The notes beneath the pieces are model-generated. The model did not search any database. It worked only from the letters and a program-made list of their open reading frames with translations, and was not told where the DNA came from. DNA of 64,000 nt from Candidatus Omnitrophota bacterium (lineage in GTDB: Bacteria > Omnitrophota > Gorgyraeia > Gygaellales > Profunditerraquicolaceae). Shown piece by piece: positions 56,339 through 64,000 of the stretch (the first letter of the stretch is position 1; each line of letters begins with the position of its first letter). Where the stretch lies: positions 421,346 through 485,345 of the forward strand of contig JAQUQW010000002.1 in the NCBI GenBank assembly GCA_028716245.1, in the 5' to 3' direction. The position numbers and the translations under genes are program-made.

Positions 56339-57380
56339 AATTGCGGTAATCCCCGGTGACGGAACCGGCCCGGAGGTAGTTAACGAGGGCTTGAAAGTTT
56401 TACAGGCAGCTTCCAAGAAGTTTAATTTTCAGTATGAAACAAAGTCTTTTGATTTCAGCGGACAGAGGTATTTAAAAACCGGAAAATTGGTTGATGATAA
56501 CGATATCGCCGAATTAAAAAAATATAATGTAATTTATCTTGGCGCGGTGGGGGACCCGAATGTAAAACCCGGAATTATTGAGACAGGGGTGCTGCTTAAA
56601 TTAAGGTTTGCTTTGGATCAATATATCAACCTGCGCCCGGTCAAGCTTTATAATTCCAATTTTTGCCCGCTTAAGGATAAAAAACCGGAGGACATCGATT
56701 TTGTGGTCGTGCGCGAGAACTCCGAAGGCTTATATAAAGGTATGGGGGAGTTTAAAGACAAGGGGACGGCTGATGAAGTGGCTATCCAGATTTCCTATAA
56801 TACCCGTAAAGGGGTGGAGCGCTGTATCCGTTACGCTTTTGAGTACACGCGTAAGCGCAATAAAAGGAAGAAGCTGACCCTTTGCGGTAAAACCAATGTT
56901 TTGACCTATGCCTGGGACCTTTGGCAGCGCACATTTAATGAAGTAGCCAAAGAATACCCCGATGTAACCACGGATTACGCCCACGTTGACGCCACGACAA
57001 TGTGGTTTGTAAAAAATCCCGAATGGTTCGATGTCATTGTTACGGACAATATGTTTGGCGATATTATCACGGATTTAGGCGCGATGATCCAGGGTGGTAT
57101 GGGAATAGCTGCCGGGGGAAATATTAATCCGCAGGGAGTTTCGATGTTTGAGCCTATCGGCGGAAGCGCGCCAAAATATACCGGTAAAAACGTGATTAAC
57201 CCTTTGGCCGCGATTTGCGCGGTAGGGATGATGCTTGAGAGTTTAGGAGAAACTGAAGCTGGGAAGGCAATCGAGAACGCGGTTATTGAACTAGTAAGTA
57301 AGAAACTGAAATCACTTGCTGCCGGTAAAATGGGTTATTCGACAACAGAAATAGGCGATCTCGTAGTTAAGAATCTATAA
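56331..57380 (+). CDS. leuB: 3-isopropylmalate dehydrogenase (or related isocitrate/homoisocitrate-type decarboxylating dehydrogenase)
   Basis: 'IAVIPGDGTGPEV' and 'DNMFGDIITDLGA'. Confidence 0.8.
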   Translation: MYKIAVIPGDGTGPEVVNEGLKVLQAASKKFNFQYETKSFDFSGQRYLKTGKLVDDNDIAELKKYNVIYLGAVGDPNVKPGIIETGVLLKLRFALDQYINLRPVKLYNSNFCPLKDKKPEDIDFVVVRENSEGLYKGMGEFKDKGTADEVAIQISYNTRKGVERCIRYAFEYTRKRNKRKKLTLCGKTNVLTYAWDLWQRTFNEVAKEYPDVTTDYAHVDATTMWFVKNPEWFDVIVTDNMFGDIITDLGAMIQGGMGIAAGGNINPQGVSMFEPIGGSAPKYTGKNVINPLAAICAVGMMLESLGETEAGKAIENAVIELVSKKLKSLAAGKMGYSTTEIGDLVVKNL

Positions 57381-57386
57381 TTTCTA

Positions 57387-57540
57387 GCGGGTGGCGAGAC
57401 TTGATTCGAGCGGCATCTTAAAATTCGAGCGGGCACGGTTGCCCGCAATAAATGTTTCGGCAGAGCGAGAATTTTACCGAAGCGCAGCGAGCCACGCTGG
57501 GGCGAGCAAGCGGTGCGGCGAGAACAAGTCTCGGCAGGAT
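57387..57540 (-). repeat. ~155-nt GC-rich intergenic repeat element, copy 1 (inverted relative to copy 2)
   Basis: The reverse complement ('...tcctgccgagacttgttctcgccgcaccgcttgctcgccccagcgtggc...ttattgcgggcaaccgtgcccgctcgaatttt...gtctcgccacccgc') aligns block-for-block with 60360-60519. Confidence 0.7.
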
Positions 57541-57570
57541 CCTCTAAGTAATAAAGAAAGGTTATAAAAG

Positions 57571-58596
57571 ATGAAGAAATATAATGTGGCGGTAATCGGG
57601 GCGGGAGTTGTGGGGATTGAGATGTTGCGGGTTTTAAAGCAGCGGAATTTTCCCGTGAATACCTTAAAAGTTTTTGCCCGTTCAGCCCGCGATATAAATA
57701 TCGATGGGCAGGTTTATTCAGTTGAGCCGATTACTCCGGACGGTTTTAACGGAATCGATATCGCATTATTTGCCGGTACCGAAGGTGAGAAGGGGGCTGC
57801 GGTTAGTTACGCGCCTGAGGCGGTAAAGCGAGGCGCTGTGGTTATTGATAACGGCGCGGATTTTCGCATGGATCCCAAGGTGCCTTTAGTTGTTCCGGAA
57901 GTTAATCCCAATGATGTTAAAAAACATAAAGGAATTATCGCCAATCCTAATTGTTCGACCATCCAGATGGTGGTAGCTTTGAATCCTATCCATAAGAAGG
58001 TAGGAATCAAGAAAATTATCGTTACCACTCTGCAGGCTTCCAGCGGGGCAGGGAAAGGAGCGGTTGAGCAATTAAAAGAAGAATCAAGCTTAATTGCCCA
58101 GGGTGGATTTGAAAATATTCAAGTCAGCGTTTTAAACAAAGCTATGCCGCAACAGTTGGCTTACAATTGTTTTCCGCATATCGGCAGTTTTGTTGAGGGT
58201 GATTATACAAATGAAGAGTGGAAGCTGGTCAAGGAAACACACAAAATTATGCACGCGCCAAAGATTAAAATTTCGGCAACTACCGTGCGTGTTCCGGTCA
58301 GGACCGGGCATTCCGAATCTGTTTATATTGAAACTACTAAGCCCTTAACTGCCGAAGGAGCCAGGAAAATTTTAGCCAAGGCTCCGGGCGTTGTGCTGAT
58401 GGATGATCCTAAGAATAATTTATATCCCATGCCTAAGGATGTCGAGGGTAAGGATGAAACTTTTGTCGGCCGCATCCGCCAGGATGCCTTTAATAAAAAG
58501 GGATTGTGGCTGTGGGTAGTGGCGGATAATTTGCGTAAAGGCGCTGCCACAAATGCCGTGCAAATCGCTGAATGCCTAATTTCAAGCTCCAAATAG
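57571..58596 (+). CDS. asd: Aspartate-semialdehyde dehydrogenase
   Basis: 'VAVIGAGVVG' and the active-site 'NPNCSTIQ'. Confidence 0.85.
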   Translation: MKKYNVAVIGAGVVGIEMLRVLKQRNFPVNTLKVFARSARDINIDGQVYSVEPITPDGFNGIDIALFAGTEGEKGAAVSYAPEAVKRGAVVIDNGADFRMDPKVPLVVPEVNPNDVKKHKGIIANPNCSTIQMVVALNPIHKKVGIKKIIVTTLQASSGAGKGAVEQLKEESSLIAQGGFENIQVSVLNKAMPQQLAYNCFPHIGSFVEGDYTNEEWKLVKETHKIMHAPKIKISATTVRVPVRTGHSESVYIETTKPLTAEGARKILAKAPGVVLMDDPKNNLYPMPKDVEGKDETFVGRIRQDAFNKKGLWLWVVADNLRKGAATNAVQIAECLISSSK

Positions 58597-59327
58597 AGTA
58601 TGACGGCACGCATTATTACGGTTGGCAGGTGCAGAATGGTAAAAAGGTAAGTTACCGGGCAAACAAAACCATCCAGCATGTTTTAGAGCAGGTCCTTAAG
58701 AAAATCCTCCAGGAAGAGATTAAGCTCACCGTTGCCGGACGCACGGATTCAGGAGTGCACGCTCTTTCCCAGGTTGCTAATTTTAAAAGTTATTCAAAAA
58801 TGCCTCTGGCAAGATTGCGCTGGGCGATAAATTGCCTTCTGCCTGAAGATATAAAGGTAACGCGGATTCAAAAGGTGGGTTTAGATTTTAACAGCCGGTT
58901 TTGCGCCAAATCTAAGATTTATCGTTATACGATTTTAAATCGAAAATATTCTTCGCCTCTGTCGGCAGGCAGGGTATATTTTTTTCATCATCCTCTGGAT
59001 GCAAGATTAATGTGCAGTGAGGCCAAATTTCTTCTTGGCCGGCATAATTTTAAAGCTTTTCAGGCTGCTGAAGACAGGCAGAGGAATCCTGTGCGTACCA
59101 TTAAGCGTATCAGGATCATCAAGGATAAAGATTTTTTGTATTTTGACATTGAAGCAGACAGTTTTTTGTATAATATGGTCAGAAATATCGCCGGAACCTT
59201 GCTAGAGATTGGCAGGGGAAGGTTTCCAAAAGGGAGTATGCGTAAGATCCTTAAATCAGGCGACCGTTCGCTTGCCGGGCCGACTTTGCCGGCAAAAGGA
59301 TTATGCTTAGTTAAGGTAAAATATTAA
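58572..59327 (+). CDS. truA: tRNA pseudouridine(38-40) synthase TruA
   Basis: 'IEYDGTHYYGWQVQ' and 'AGRTDSGVHA' (catalytic Asp). Confidence 0.85.
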   Translation: MPNFKLQIEYDGTHYYGWQVQNGKKVSYRANKTIQHVLEQVLKKILQEEIKLTVAGRTDSGVHALSQVANFKSYSKMPLARLRWAINCLLPEDIKVTRIQKVGLDFNSRFCAKSKIYRYTILNRKYSSPLSAGRVYFFHHPLDARLMCSEAKFLLGRHNFKAFQAAEDRQRNPVRTIKRIRIIKDKDFLYFDIEADSFLYNMVRNIAGTLLEIGRGRFPKGSMRKILKSGDRSLAGPTLPAKGLCLVKVKY

Positions 59328-59437
59328 TAAACAGAGTCGAAACAGTTTCGAATCTAATCGGGAAATAGGGTACATATAAGTTAAAAAGCAAAAATTTTAT
59401 TTGACTTAATTTATAATTCTGTTATAATTATTTTTCT

Positions 59438-59875
59438 ATGAAAAAGACATATACAGCTAAGCCGGAAGACATTAAAATGAAGTGGTATATCGCTGATGCC
59501 AAAGGCCAGACCTTGGGAAGGCTGGCAGCCAGGATTGCCACTATCTTAAGAGGCAAGCATAAGCCGATTTTTACTCCGCATCTGGATACTGGTGACGGGG
59601 TAATCGTGATTAATGCCAGCCAGATTAAGGTTACCGGGCGTAAACTCAAGCAAAAGGTTTATCGCCGATATTCCGGGTATCCGGGAGGCTTACGCGAAAT
59701 AAAATTAGAGGTGCTTTTAGCTAAAAAGCCGGCGACAGTTATGCATTTAGCCGTGCAGAGGATGCTGCCTTCAGGCCCGTTAGGAAGGGATTTAATTAAA
59801 AAGTTAAGGGTTTTTGCCGATGATAAACATGATTTAACCGGTATAAAACCGATTGTTTTGGAGGCCAAGAAATAA
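59438..59875 (+). CDS. rplM: 50S ribosomal protein L13
   Basis: 'KWYIADAKGQTLGRLA' and 'GDGVIVINA'. Confidence 0.95.
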   Translation: MKKTYTAKPEDIKMKWYIADAKGQTLGRLAARIATILRGKHKPIFTPHLDTGDGVIVINASQIKVTGRKLKQKVYRRYSGYPGGLREIKLEVLLAKKPATVMHLAVQRMLPSGPLGRDLIKKLRVFADDKHDLTGIKPIVLEAKK

Positions 59876-60270
59876 TGAGTGAGTCAACTAAATATATAGC
59901 ATTGGGTAGGCGTAAGGAATCAACTGCCAGGGTGCGTATGGAACCGGGCAGCGGCTTGATTACTATCAATGGCCGTCCTTTTGAGAAATATTTCCTGCGT
60001 GAAACAGACCGGATTATTGTTTTACAGCCTTTGGCGCTTACGGAAAGCGCAGGTAAGTTTAATATCGCTGCCAGGCTCGCTGGTGGTGGATTAACCGGCC
60101 AGGCCGGCGCTCTGCGCCTGGGTATTGCCCGCGCGCTTTTAAACGCGGATGAAAATTTTAAGGCGATATTCCGTAAGAATGGGTATTTAACGCGTGATCC
60201 GCGAATGAAGGAGCGTAAGAAATACGGCCAGAAGGGCGCGCGCAAACGCTTCCAGTGGACAAAGAGGTAA
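59875..60270 (+). CDS. rpsI: 30S ribosomal protein S9
   Basis: 'GRRKESTARV' and 'GGGLTGQAGALRLGIARAL'. Terminator 'aaaaagtcccgctgatgaagcgggattttttg' at 60301-60332. Confidence 0.95.
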   Translation: MSESTKYIALGRRKESTARVRMEPGSGLITINGRPFEKYFLRETDRIIVLQPLALTESAGKFNIAARLAGGGLTGQAGALRLGIARALLNADENFKAIFRKNGYLTRDPRMKERKKYGQKGARKRFQWTKR

Positions 60271-60359
60271 GCGATAAATAAATTTAAAATATAAGTTTGT
60301 AAAAAGTCCCGCTGATGAAGCGGGATTTTTTGTTTGTACAGCATTAAGCTCTACGCGGG

Positions 60360-60519
60360 TCCTGTCAGGCCTTGTCTCTCGCAGCACCGCTCGATTTTCC
60401 CCAGCGTGGAAAATCTTCGCTTCGGCAAAAATTCTCGCTCTGCCGGGAGATTTATTGCGGGCAACCCTGCCCGCTCGAATTTTTGAGATGCTCACTCGAG
60501 TCCAAGGCTTGCCACCCGC
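60360..60519 (+). repeat. ~160-nt GC-rich intergenic repeat element, copy 2
   Basis: 'tcctgtcaggccttgtctctcgcagcaccgctcgattttccccagcgtgga...ttattgcgggcaaccctgcccgctcgaattttt...gccacccgc' pairs with the reverse complement of 57387-57540. It contains an internal hairpin 'gcgggcaaccctgcccgc'. Confidence 0.7.
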
Positions 60520-60604
60520 GTTAAGATTTGAGCCGCTGAATTTTATGTCCCGTCGAGAAAAATCCTTGACGGAAGATTGATTTTATTCTAAGATGTTTAA
60601 ATTA

Positions 60605-60639
60605 GGGAATTGCGCGGGTGTGCCCTTGCGGGCAAGGAG
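60605..60639 (+). promoter_or_regulatory. Conserved leader motif (copy C, hairpin-2 half) upstream of argC
   Basis: 'GGAATTGCGCGGGTGTGCCCTTGCGGGCAAGGAG' matches copies A and B from the loop of hairpin 1 onwards. The 5' arm 'CACCCCGCGC' is absent. Confidence 0.4.
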
Positions 60640-60645
60640 AGTCCA

Positions 60646-61680
60646 ATGATTATCAATGTTGGAATAATCGGAGCCACCGGTCATACTGGAGAGGTTCTTA
60701 TTGAACTTTTGCTTAGCCATCCCAATGTTAAGATTACCCGCCTTTACAATAGCGGAAAAAGTAGCCAAGGGGCTTGCGTTATTTCCGATATTTTTCCAAA
60801 ATTTAAGAAGAGACTGGACCTGGTTTGCACAAAACCGGATTGGGCCCAAATTAAAAAAGATTGTGACCTGATTTTTTTGGCCCTGCCGCATACCATATCG
60901 ATGAAATTCGCGCCTAAACTTTTGAGTTTAGGCAAGAGGGTCATTGACTTAAGTGCCGACTATAGGATTAAAAATCAGGCGCTTTATGAAAAATTTTATA
61001 AGATAAGCCATCTGGATAAGGCCAATTTAAAACAAGCAGTTTACGGGTTGCCGGAATTAAATAGAGCAAAGATTAAAACCGCAAAACTCTTGGCCAATCC
61101 CGGATGTTATCCGACTTCGGCGATTCTTGCGCTTGCCCCATTGCTGGCGGTAAATTTAGTGGATACGGATTCGATTATTATCGACGCTAAATCCGGAGTA
61201 AGCGGGGCGGGGAAAAAACTGGAAAAGGAATATTTATTTTCTGAGATACAGGGAGATTTTCGGGCTTACAAAGTTAACGTGCATCAACATTCGCCGGAAA
61301 TAAACCAGAGTCTCTCTAAGCTATCCGGAAAAAAGATTGAGGTGGTATTTGTGCCGCATCTTTTACCCATTGAAAGGGGCATACTTTCGACGATTTATCT
61401 TAAGAAGTCTCCGGGAGCAAAACTTAAAGTAAACAGCGTAGTAGAATTATATAAAAAATTCTATAAGAATGAGCCGTTTATCCGGATCAAACCGGATGGT
61501 GTTTTTCCCCGGATCAAGGATGTGGTTAAGACTAATTTTTGCGACATTGGGGTCAAGGATTTTGGTAAAACAATTATTGTCATTTGCGCCATCGATAATT
61601 TATTAAAAGGAGCATCAGCTCAAGCAGTACAGAATATGAATATTATGTATAAGCTGCCTGAGACAGCGGGATTATTATGA
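60646..61680 (+). CDS. argC: N-acetyl-gamma-glutamyl-phosphate reductase
   Basis: 'VGIIGATGHTG' and the active-site 'ANPGCYPTS'. The start at 60646 follows 'aaggaga'. Confidence 0.9.
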   Translation: MIINVGIIGATGHTGEVLIELLLSHPNVKITRLYNSGKSSQGACVISDIFPKFKKRLDLVCTKPDWAQIKKDCDLIFLALPHTISMKFAPKLLSLGKRVIDLSADYRIKNQALYEKFYKISHLDKANLKQAVYGLPELNRAKIKTAKLLANPGCYPTSAILALAPLLAVNLVDTDSIIIDAKSGVSGAGKKLEKEYLFSEIQGDFRAYKVNVHQHSPEINQSLSKLSGKKIEVVFVPHLLPIERGILSTIYLKKSPGAKLKVNSVVELYKKFYKNEPFIRIKPDGVFPRIKDVVKTNFCDIGVKDFGKTIIVICAIDNLLKGASAQAVQNMNIMYKLPETAGLL

Positions 61681-62813
61681 AGAAGGTTTTAAAAGCAATT
61701 TTACCTGCGGGATTTAAGGCAAACGGCATAGCTTGCGGATTAAAGAAGTCCGGTAAGTTGGATTTGGCGTTGCTTTATTCCGAGTATCCGGCCATAGCCA
61801 GCGCGAAATTCACCACCAACAGTATTATTGCCGCGCCGCTGGTAGTGTCTAAAATGCACTTAAAATCTGCCAAGAGATTTCAGGCTGTTTTGATTAATAG
61901 CGGCAATGCCAATTGTTTTACCGGCAAAGCCGGGATTAAAGATGCCCAAGTTTCTGCCGGATATGTGGCCGATAGATTAAAAATCGCCAAGAGCAGCGTT
62001 TTAGTTAATTCTACGGGGATTATCGGAAAGAAACTGGATATTGAAAAAATTAAGCGAGGTATTCAGGAATTAGCCAGCGGGTTATCTACTTCCGGTATTC
62101 ATAAGGCAAAAAAAGCGATTATGACCACGGATACCTTTGCTAAAGAAATCAGCTTAAGTATAAGGATTGCCGGCAAGCCGGTGCATATTTGCGGCATCGC
62201 CAAAGGCGCAGGGATGATTGCTCCGGATATGGCAACGATGCTTTGTTTTGTTATGACCGATGCCTCGATCACCAAAGAGGCTTTAGATAAAACACTGGCA
62301 GTTGCCGTAGATAAAACTTTTAACTGTATTTCCGTAGATGGTTGCATGAGCACAAATGATACGGTATTAGTTTTAGCTAACGCTAAGTCGGGAAATAAAA
62401 CTATTTCCTCTGGAAAAGATCTGCGGAATTTTTCCAAAGCTTTGGAGTTTATTTGCCTGGAGCTGGCTAAGATGATAGTTTTGGATGCTGAGGGGGCTAC
62501 TAAATTTATCCAGATTGAAGTTTGCCGGGCAAAGGATTGGCATGAAGCAAAAAAAGTAGCTTTAAATATCGCCAACTCAGCGCTTTTTAAGACCGCTGTT
62601 TTTGGAGAGAATCGAAACTTTGGCAGGGTGGCCGCCGCGGTTGGCGCGAGTGGTTTTGATATTAAAGAGAGCCAGTTAAAAATAAAGCTCGGTTCATTAA
62701 AGGCAAAACAGGTTAAACTGTGGGTGAGTTTATCCCGGGGTAAAGCCAAGTGCGCGGTTTTTACTTCCGATCTTACTCCGGAATATATAAAGATCAACGC
62801 CACTTACAACTAG
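61677..62813 (+). CDS. argJ: Bifunctional glutamate N-acetyltransferase / amino-acid acetyltransferase
   Basis: Autoproteolytic 'ATML' site in 'PDMATMLCFVMTDA'. Confidence 0.9.
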   Translation: MKKVLKAILPAGFKANGIACGLKKSGKLDLALLYSEYPAIASAKFTTNSIIAAPLVVSKMHLKSAKRFQAVLINSGNANCFTGKAGIKDAQVSAGYVADRLKIAKSSVLVNSTGIIGKKLDIEKIKRGIQELASGLSTSGIHKAKKAIMTTDTFAKEISLSIRIAGKPVHICGIAKGAGMIAPDMATMLCFVMTDASITKEALDKTLAVAVDKTFNCISVDGCMSTNDTVLVLANAKSGNKTISSGKDLRNFSKALEFICLELAKMIVLDAEGATKFIQIEVCRAKDWHEAKKVALNIANSALFKTAVFGENRNFGRVAAAVGASGFDIKESQLKIKLGSLKAKQVKLWVSLSRGKAKCAVFTSDLTPEYIKINATYN

Positions 62814-62824
62814 GGAGAGAGCCA

Positions 62825-63679
62825 ATGAAAGACGCGATCAGGAAAGCAGATGTTTTAATTGAAGCATTGCCTTATATAAAGAAGTTTCATAAAAAGGTAA
62901 TTGTGATTAAATACGGCGGAAGCATCTTGGGGGATGAAAAAATCCGCAGCGGTGTTTTAGAGGACATCGTCTTTTTGAATTTTATGGGATTACGGCCGAT
63001 CGTTGTACATGGGGGCGGCCCGAATATCAGTGAGCGTATGCGCGCCTCTGGTAAGAAGACGGAGTTTGTGGAAGGAATGCGGGTTACCGATGAAGAGACC
63101 TTAAAATTGGTGGAAGAAGAATTATTGGTGTTGAATGAATTGATCGTTAAAGAACTGGATGTATTGGGAGCAAAGGCTTTTAGCTTAAACGGTAAGGATG
63201 ACGATCTGATTCAGGTTGAGAAGAAAAAGACTGAAGTTGACATTGGCTTGGTGGGCCAGATTAAGGGTATTAATACGCAGTTATTGAATAAGGAACTGGG
63301 AAAAGATAAAGTAGCGGTAATCCTGCCTATGGGGATAGGAAAAGATGGGAAGGCTTATAATGTAAATGCCGATGAAGTAGCGGCCAGTATTGCCGCAAAT
63401 ATCCAGGCGGAGAAGCTGGTCTTGTTGACCAATGTCAAAGGGATTCTGCGTCATGCTGATGATCCGTATTCCTTTATTTCTACTTTGACAGTTGCTGAAG
63501 TAAGCGGATTGATTGAAAATAAGATTATTCAACAGGGGATGATCCCCAAGGTTATGGCTTGCGTGGAAGCGTTAAACGGCGGAGTAAAGAAAACACATAT
63601 TATTGATGCGCGCACTCCCCATGGCCTGCTCCTTGAGATTTTTACTGATCATGGTATCGGGACAGAAATTATAAAATGA
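62825..63679 (+). CDS. argB: Acetylglutamate kinase
   Basis: 'VIKYGGS' and 'VHGGGP'. The start at 62825 follows 'gggagagagccaatg'. The track ORF start at 62750 is an over-extension. Confidence 0.9.
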   Translation: MKDAIRKADVLIEALPYIKKFHKKVIVIKYGGSILGDEKIRSGVLEDIVFLNFMGLRPIVVHGGGPNISERMRASGKKTEFVEGMRVTDEETLKLVEEELLVLNELIVKELDVLGAKAFSLNGKDDDLIQVEKKKTEVDIGLVGQIKGINTQLLNKELGKDKVAVILPMGIGKDGKAYNVNADEVAASIAANIQAEKLVLLTNVKGILRHADDPYSFISTLTVAEVSGLIENKIIQQGMIPKVMACVEALNGGVKKTHIIDARTPHGLLLEIFTDHGIGTEIIK

Positions 63680-64000
63680 AACTAGAAGAGATTTTTCAGG
63701 TTTACCAAGAAAACATAATGCCCACCTATAGCAAGGTGCCGCTGGTATTTGTTAAAGGCAAGGGTTCGCGGCTTTGGGATATTAATGGAAGGGCCTATCT
63801 GGATTTTTTCCCGGGTTGGGGTGTGGGCAATCTGGGGCATTGTCATCCTAAAGTAATGCAGGGTGTGCGGGATCAAATCAGTAAACTAATCTTTGTGCCG
63901 AATAATTATTATCATCCTTTTCAGGCAAAGTTGGCCAAAGAGTTGATTTACTTAAGTTTTCCGGGTAAGGTCTTTTTTGCCAACTCCGGAGCAGAAGCCA
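63676..64000 (+). CDS. argD: Acetylornithine aminotransferase (5' partial, runs off window end)
   Basis: 'YSKVPLVFVKGKGSRLWD..GRAYLDF..GWGVGNLGHCHP' is a class-III aminotransferase N-terminus. It overlaps the argB stop. Confidence 0.8.
   Translation, partial: MKLEEIFQVYQENIMPTYSKVPLVFVKGKGSRLWDINGRAYLDFFPGWGVGNLGHCHPKVMQGVRDQISKLIFVPNNYYHPFQAKLAKELIYLSFPGKVFFANSGAEA

Noticed and set aside
57387-57545. T-box leader or other known riboswitch upstream of asd
   Set aside because: 'gggtggcgag' superficially resembles a T-box fragment, but the specifier/antiterminator arrangement is absent. The element is instead an inverted copy of the 60360-60519 repeat.
1-64000. CRISPR arrays, rRNA genes, transposase/integrase genes
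   Set aside because: No regularly spaced direct repeats were seen. No rRNA-like conserved stretches were seen. No DDE/tyrosine-recombinase-like ORFs were seen anywhere in the window.

Overview
This 64-kb window appears to come from a diderm bacterium of moderate GC content. Every gene I can support lies on the + strand. The first ~32 kb is an accessory stress and efflux region. It begins with a sensor kinase, a REC-GGDEF-HD-GYP regulator and a single-domain receiver. Next comes a CsoR-headed copper/silver locus: csoR, cusC-like OMF, cusB-like adaptor, HME-RND pump, an ArsB/NhaD-like permease, a YHS-domain protein, a DUF1573 protein and a CopA P-type ATPase. Three further complete tripartite efflux systems of different classes follow. 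The first is a TolC with a winged-helix N-terminus plus HlyD and a 2+2 ABC-2 transporter. The second is a TetR-controlled TolC/EmrA/EmrB MFS system. The third is a TolC/MacA/MacB system. Between them sit an ArsP-like permease, a superoxide reductase, a phosphoribosyltransferase, an unannotated 36-aa cysteine-rich peptide and a His-rich periplasmic coiled-coil protein. The second half of the window is mostly housekeeping. It contains a pabB-like gene, two csp genes, pgi, dus, recG-rsmD-coaD, yceD-rpmF-plsX-fabHDG-acpP-fabF, leuCDB, asd-truA-rplM-rpsI and argCJBD. Interrupting the housekeeping genes is a BrnT/BrnA toxin-antitoxin pair followed by a strongly AT-rich ~5-kb island of three unrecognisable genes, which I rate as a candidate novel defence island. 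I also found two non-coding repeat families. One is a ~160-nt element present as an inverted pair flanking asd-truA-rplM-rpsI. The other is a ~45-55-nt double-hairpin motif immediately upstream of the RBS of three unrelated genes. I saw no CRISPR array, rRNA or tRNA.
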